Assembly: GCA_005885405.1 (NCBI GenBank)
Contig: VAYN01000005.1
Coordinates: 9,819 to 73,818, forward strand
Direction: 5' to 3'
DNA length: 64,000 nt
Source of the DNA: Actinomycetota bacterium
GTDB lineage: Bacteria; Actinomycetota; Thermoleophilia; Solirubrobacterales; 70-9
In this document: positions 59,823 to 64,000 of the stretch, in pieces
Position numbering within the stretch: the stretch's first letter is position 1
How the letters are laid out: each line of letters opens with the position of its first letter
Translations under genes and position numbers: made by a program
The notes under the pieces: generated by a model
Database searches by the model: none
Seen by the model: only the letters and a program-made list of their open reading frames with translations
Told to the model about the DNA's origin: nothing

Positions 59823-61853
59823 CTAGCTACACCCCGAGGGACCGAGGTTGGTGGGCAGTTGGAGGACTGCCGTGGGAGGCTGTTTCAAGATGAGTTTGCC
59901 TCCCATGCGCTCGATCCACTTGGCTGCGGGTGGGTATGGAGGCTTGCCGGGTTCCAGACGGTCGCGGGTGGCTACTGCGTAGTCGTAGTCGCCCTCTTTG
60001 AGTAGCTGGAGGTACTGCTCGCAGGTGGTTGGGGCCTCGAAGCCGCCGTGGGGCTGCTCGATGCCTAGGTACTGGACGTGGTTGGAGAGGTCGGTGCCGA
60101 AGAGGGGGTACTGGCGGGTGCTGGTGGTGGCGATGCGGGCGTCGGAGACCTCGCGCGCCCAGGCGAAAGCCGCGTTGAGGCCTGGGGCCGAGGTGAAGCT
60201 CGGGTCCTCGTACCGGCCCTCCAGGTAGTGGCGCTGGACGGGGTAACCGACCGCGATCGCCAGCAGGAGCGCCGCGGCTCCACCCGCGATAGCCCATTGA
60301 CCGCCTCTCCGCGGAGTGTGGTTGAGCTTCGTGGCGCTATCCGCCCCAAAGCTCAACCACACCCGGAGGCGGGGGGCCGTTGGCAGCAGGGCGAGGCCGA
60401 GGACCAGGGCCGGGGCGAGGTAGCGGAGACCGGACTCGAAGCCACGCGGCATCCCGTCCGGACCCGAGGCCGACGTCGGCGCCACCAGCCACGCCAGCGC
60501 CGTCGCCAAACCCACTGCGCCCGCCAGCGCCAGCGTCAAATCGTTCCGTGGTTCCTTTGTCCTGATATCCCGGACAAAAGAACCACGGAACTGGACGACG
60601 GCGAGGATCAGGCCGGCCAAGGCGGCGGCGAGCAGGAGCGGCCAGAGGAGCCAGAGGCCGTCGTGGAGACCAGGGAGGAACCAGTCCGACCAGACGCTGC
60701 CGTCGCTGAGGTAGCCGAGGACGGAGTGGGCTTCGCGGCCGCCGAGGGCCTGCTGGGGCGCGGGCAGATCGATCGGACCGAGGTGGCGGATCCAAGGGAG
60801 CGGATTGCCGCTGTGGGCGAGGTTGCGGAGGTACCAGTAGCCGCCGCCGGCCAGTGCGGCCAAGGCCGCGGCGCCAACCGCGCGGCCTTTTAGGCCGCGC
60901 GGCGCGATAAGACCAACGCCGAACACCAGCACCGCCGCCGGCAGGAGGAAGTTGAGCTTCGTCCCCGCCGCCAGCCCCGCGCACAAACCGACCACGAGAT
61001 ACGACCCGAACGCAGTTGTCCCCGGTATGCGGGGATAAGTGCGTTCGGCTGCCGAACCCTCCCAGGCGTTGAGCGCGATCGCCACCGCGCTCAGCAGAAA
61101 GAAGATCCCGACGATGTCGTTCCTCGCCTCCCCCGCCTGGTCCGCCAGCGCCGGAACGCTGAGCGCGATGGCGCCAAGGGCCAGCGACCACGGCGCCACT
61201 CGATAGGGGCGCCCGATACACCAACACGCGACCAAACACCCCACGAACCAGCCGATGTTGAGCAGCGGCGATAGCACGTCCCGGCCGAACGCCAGCATCC
61301 CGGCCGCGTGGAAGATTTCTCCGTTCGCTGGGTAGAACCAGGCCAGGAACTGCGGAGCGATGAAGAGCAGATTCCACGTGTCGCCGCTCTGATAGAACCC
61401 CGCCGCGAACGGCCCGTGGTACCAGGTGCTGTCGAACCCGGTCATCCCCGTCGAAAGCTTCGACTTCGCTTCCCAGGCAAAGAGAGCGACCGCGATCCCG
61501 GCAACAACAAACGCAATCGCCGCCGGGAGGGGGGTCATCCGCACCCTTACCTGCGAAGTAGGGTGCGGATGACCCCCCTCCCCCTCGGACCGCGGCAAGA
61601 ACCTCCAAAGACCGAGCCCCGCTGCACCAACGAGCACCAAGTACGGCACCGGCTCCCACAGGCCGAAGCTCCCGAGCAGCTCCGCGCCCCAAATCAGCAA
61701 CGCCAGCGCCACCACCGCGCTAGCCAGATACGCCGGCGCCCCCTCGAACCGCGGCAACAGCCTCCTGCGCACCGCGTCCCCGCCCAGCCAGGCGAACCCG
61801 CCCAGCAGCAGCACCTCTAGAACGCCCAGCAGGTACCGCCCCGATCCGAGCAT
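59823..61853 (-). CDS. large polytopic membrane protein, GT-C-glycosyltransferase-like (family not verified), carrying three in-frame palindromic insertions
   Basis: 676 aa with more than 12 TM segments plus a soluble C-terminal domain. The insertions are at 60316..60364, 60543..60591 and 61525..61582. Confidence 0.6.
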   Translation of the reverse strand: MLGSGRYLLGVLEVLLLGGFAWLGGDAVRRRLLPRFEGAPAYLASAVVALALLIWGAELLGSFGLWEPVPYLVLVGAAGLGLWRFLPRSEGEGGHPHPTSQVRVRMTPLPAAIAFVVAGIAVALFAWEAKSKLSTGMTGFDSTWYHGPFAAGFYQSGDTWNLLFIAPQFLAWFYPANGEIFHAAGMLAFGRDVLSPLLNIGWFVGCLVACWCIGRPYRVAPWSLALGAIALSVPALADQAGEARNDIVGIFFLLSAVAIALNAWEGSAAERTYPRIPGTTAFGSYLVVGLCAGLAAGTKLNFLLPAAVLVFGVGLIAPRGLKGRAVGAAALAALAGGGYWYLRNLAHSGNPLPWIRHLGPIDLPAPQQALGGREAHSVLGYLSDGSVWSDWFLPGLHDGLWLLWPLLLAAALAGLILAVVQFRGSFVRDIRTKEPRNDLTLALAGAVGLATALAWLVAPTSASGPDGMPRGFESGLRYLAPALVLGLALLPTAPRLRVWLSFGADSATKLNHTPRRGGQWAIAGGAAALLLAIAVGYPVQRHYLEGRYEDPSFTSAPGLNAAFAWAREVSDARIATTSTRQYPLFGTDLSNHVQYLGIEQPHGGFEAPTTCEQYLQLLKEGDYDYAVATRDRLEPGKPPYPPAAKWIERMGGKLILKQPPTAVLQLPTNLGPSGCS
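60316..60364. repeat. family-A palindromic element, copy A2
   Basis: gtgtggttgagcttcgtggcgctatccgccccaaagctcaaccacaccc. Arms are gtgtggttgagctt / aagctcaaccacac. It is translated in the host as SFGADSATKLNHTPRRG. Confidence 0.85.
60543..60591. repeat. family-B palindromic element, copy B2
   Basis: gttccgtggttcctttgtcc-tgatatccc-ggacaaaagaaccacggaac, with 19/20 matching arms. It is translated in the host as FRGSFVRDIRTKEPRN. Confidence 0.85.
61525..61582. repeat. perfect 22-bp-stem / 14-nt-loop palindrome inside the membrane-protein gene
   Basis: ggaggggggtcatccgcaccc... in detail: left arm 61525..61546, loop ttacctgcgaagta, right arm 61561..61582. It is translated as EGEGGHPHPTSQVRVRMTPLP. 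Confidence 0.85.
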
Positions 61854-61859
61854 CCGGCG

Positions 61860-63575
61860 CTAGCGGCCCCGCCGCAGCAGCAGGCGGCTCATCTGCTCGA
61901 GCTCGGCGACGCGAAGCAGCTTCGCCACCGAGAGGTAGACGGCGAGGCCCGCGGCCAGCCCGCCACTCATCGAGGCGATCTGCCCCAGGAGCCCGCGCCC
62001 GAGCAGTTCGTCGAGGACGTCCCAGACGATCCAACTGATCGCCGCCAACCCGGCGGCGGCGATCGAGATCCGCACCGCGGCCGAGATCAGGCGCCCGAGC
62101 TCGAGGCCGTGGAGGATCCGCCGCAGGATCACCCCCTGGGCGACGACGCTGGCGGCGGTCGCAAGCGCCGTCGAGGCGACGATGCCGCCGACGCCGAGGT
62201 GGTAGAGGGCGAGCGCCGCGAGCGCGGTGACAGCGAGGTTGGCGGCCGAGATCCAGGTCGGGATCCACGGCTTCTGGAGGCTGAAGAAGGTCCGCGTCAG
62301 CAACAGGAAGAGGCCGTTGGTCGGCAGCGAGAAGGCGAACCAGAAGAGAGCGGTGGCGACGATTTCGGTTTCGTGCGAGTCGAACGCGCCGCGCTGGTAG
62401 ATCAGCCGGATCATCGGGTCGGCGAGGACGAGGATCGCCGCCGCCGCCGGCACCAGGACGAAGAGGATCTGCCGCATCCCGTTCGCCATCGTCGCCCGCA
62501 GGTCGTCGATCGCTCCGGCGCTGGCAAAGCGCGCCAGAGTCGGGAACAGCACCGTCGCGATCGCCACCGAGAAGATCCCCTGCGGCAGCTGGTAGATGCG
62601 GAAGGCTTTGTCAATCGCCGCCGGTGCCTCCTCGGAGACGAGGCTGCCGAAGAAGCTGTTGATCAGGAGGTTGAAGTTGATCAACCCGAGGCTGATCGTC
62701 ACCGGCAACATCAGGACAAGGACCCGCCGCACCCCCGGGTGGCGCCAGTCGAAGCTGAACTTGAACCGAAACGGGGTGTTGCGCAGATCCCAGGCCGGGA
62801 TCAGCAGCTGCACCGCGGTGCCGACGAGGATGCCGATCGCGTAGGCGTAGATGCGGTCCTGTCCCTCGAACATCGGCTCTAGTACGACGAGGACGAGGAT
62901 GATCGTCAGGTTCCAGAACAGCGGCGAGATCGCGAAGGCGCCGAAGCGGTCGTAGCTGTTGAGGATGCCGACGACGATGCCGCTGACCCCAAGCAGGACA
63001 AGGATCGGGAACAGCACCTGCGAGAGCGAGACGGTGAGGTCGAGGATCTCCCCTTCGAAGCCGGGGGCGAAGAGCGGCATCAGCACCGGCGCCAGCAAGA
63101 CGAAGAGCGCAGTGATCGCCCCCAGCACCATCGTCACCAGCAGCAGCATCGTCGAGGCAAGGCGGAACGCCTCTTTGTAGGCCTTCTTGCCGAGCAGTTC
63201 GGTGAAGACGGGGACGAAGGCGGGCTGCAGGGCGGCGTCGGCGAAAAGAGCCCGGATCAGGTTCGGCACCTGGAAGGCGATCGTGAACGCGGACATCGGG
63301 CCGCTGATCCCGTAGTAGCCGGCGGCGACGACTTCGCGCGCGAGCCCGGCGACGCGCGAGGCCGCAGTGGCGATCGAGAAGAAGGCGGTCGAGCGGGCGA
63401 GGCGCCCCGCCTGTTTGCCCGGCGCCGGCTCGGCGCCGAATTCCTCCCCCGGGTCGAACCCCTCCGCCTCGCGAACGCCGACGTCGGAGCGCATCTCTGC
63501 CTCCTCGGCATTGATGGCCCTCTCGTCGGGGTTCGGGGTGTCAGGCGCCCTGGGCGTCTCCAAGCTTCGTCTCAA
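61860..63575 (-). CDS. murJ: lipid II flippase MurJ (MviN family)
   Basis: 571 aa with 14 TM segments and an N-terminal ARSTAFFSIATAASRVAGLAREVV motif. An alternative internal start is ATG 63494. Confidence 0.9.
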   Translation of the reverse strand: MRRSLETPRAPDTPNPDERAINAEEAEMRSDVGVREAEGFDPGEEFGAEPAPGKQAGRLARSTAFFSIATAASRVAGLAREVVAAGYYGISGPMSAFTIAFQVPNLIRALFADAALQPAFVPVFTELLGKKAYKEAFRLASTMLLLVTMVLGAITALFVLLAPVLMPLFAPGFEGEILDLTVSLSQVLFPILVLLGVSGIVVGILNSYDRFGAFAISPLFWNLTIILVLVVLEPMFEGQDRIYAYAIGILVGTAVQLLIPAWDLRNTPFRFKFSFDWRHPGVRRVLVLMLPVTISLGLINFNLLINSFFGSLVSEEAPAAIDKAFRIYQLPQGIFSVAIATVLFPTLARFASAGAIDDLRATMANGMRQILFVLVPAAAAILVLADPMIRLIYQRGAFDSHETEIVATALFWFAFSLPTNGLFLLLTRTFFSLQKPWIPTWISAANLAVTALAALALYHLGVGGIVASTALATAASVVAQGVILRRILHGLELGRLISAAVRISIAAAGLAAISWIVWDVLDELLGRGLLGQIASMSGGLAAGLAVYLSVAKLLRVAELEQMSRLLLRRGR

Positions 63576-63630
63576 TCGCTATAGTCAGCGGCCGCCCGGA
63601 GCCGGCACGGCGCCCGCTCGGGAACTTGAC

Positions 63631-63897
63631 ATGGCCAACATAGCCTCACAGAAGAAGCGGATACTGCGCAGCGAGCGTGAGCGGACGGAGAACCGTCTGC
63701 TGACCAGCTCTGTAAAGACCCACTTCCGCCGCCTCGAAAGCGCGGTGGAGGCAGGCGACGCCGATAACGTCGCCAGCGAGCAGCGCACCCTCGTCTCGAA
63801 GATCGACAAGGCGATCCAGAAGGGTGCACTCCACAAGAACACCGGCGCACGCAAGAAGGCAAAAGCCGCCCGCATCGCCTCCGGTTCGGCTTCCTAA
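63631..63897 (+). CDS. rpsT: 30S ribosomal protein S20
   Basis: MANIASQKKRILRSERERTENR... is a typical S20 N-terminus. A TATAGT -10 candidate lies at 63580..63585. Confidence 0.93.
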   Translation: MANIASQKKRILRSERERTENRLLTSSVKTHFRRLESAVEAGDADNVASEQRTLVSKIDKAIQKGALHKNTGARKKAKAARIASGSAS

Positions 63898-64000
63898 GCC
63901 GCGCCCGCAGCAGCTTTCCGCAGCGCGATCGTTAGCGCCAGCTCGTCGCCGTAGTCGGCGCCGCCCCGGCACCAGAGCTCGAGGTCGGCGAGCGTCTCCA
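63894..64000 (-). CDS. C-terminal fragment of a convergent gene (possibly DNA polymerase III delta subunit, by synteny only)
   Basis: The minus strand reads ...ETLADLELWCRGGADYGDELALTIALRKAAAGAA-stop. holA usually lies convergent to rpsT in actinobacteria. The sequence is too short to verify. Confidence 0.3.
   Translation of the reverse strand, partial: ETLADLELWCRGGADYGDELALTIALRKAAAGAA

Noticed and set aside
60316-61582. The short hairpin repeats read as a degenerate CRISPR array or as tandem terminators.
   Set aside because: The repeats belong to different families, are irregularly spaced (about 180 nt and about 930 nt), lie inside one continuous ORF, and have no cas genes nearby.

Overview
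This is a high-GC (roughly 70%) bacterial chromosomal segment. Gene content and order look like an actinobacterial-type core genome, possibly Thermoleophilia/Rubrobacteria-like; that placement is inference only. Almost every base is coding, and many neighbouring genes are translationally coupled through ATGA, GTGA or TTGA overlaps.

Recognisable content, in window order:
- a sugar ABC transporter with a ROK kinase
- uvrA (with a LexA/SOS box) and uvrB
- the rpsA-coaE-transglycosylase operon
- an ECF sigma factor
- polA
- malic enzyme
- an iron(III) ABC transporter with an IdeR/DtxR-like box
- an envelope-glycan gene cluster at 31-38.5 kb
- pfk
- a complete hisIE-trpEGDC-(htrA)-trpFBA block
- era-ybeY-phoH-yqeY
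- vapBC
- murI, prmA, dnaJ and hrcA
- a MaoC dehydratase pair
- lepA
- a large polytopic membrane protein
- murJ and rpsT

I found no rRNA, tRNA, CRISPR array, transposase or integrase.

Most unusual signals:
1. Several short, near-perfect palindromic DNA elements are inserted in-frame in protein-coding genes.
   - There are two 2-copy families plus two 22-bp-stem hairpins with related loops.
   - Three of them lie in one membrane-protein gene (59823..61853), and a nested palindrome lies just downstream of it.
   - This resembles the Rickettsia palindromic element (RPE) phenomenon.
2. An ECF sigma factor is fused to a transmembrane segment and a long Asp/Gly/Ser tail. The next gene encodes a secreted acidic protein with thrombospondin-type-3-like repeats that shares the DNSGPG repeat.
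3. Three reading-frame lesions affect an MFS transporter, coaE, and the stop codon of the iron ABC ATPase.

All functional calls come from motif recognition in the supplied translations. No database search was run.
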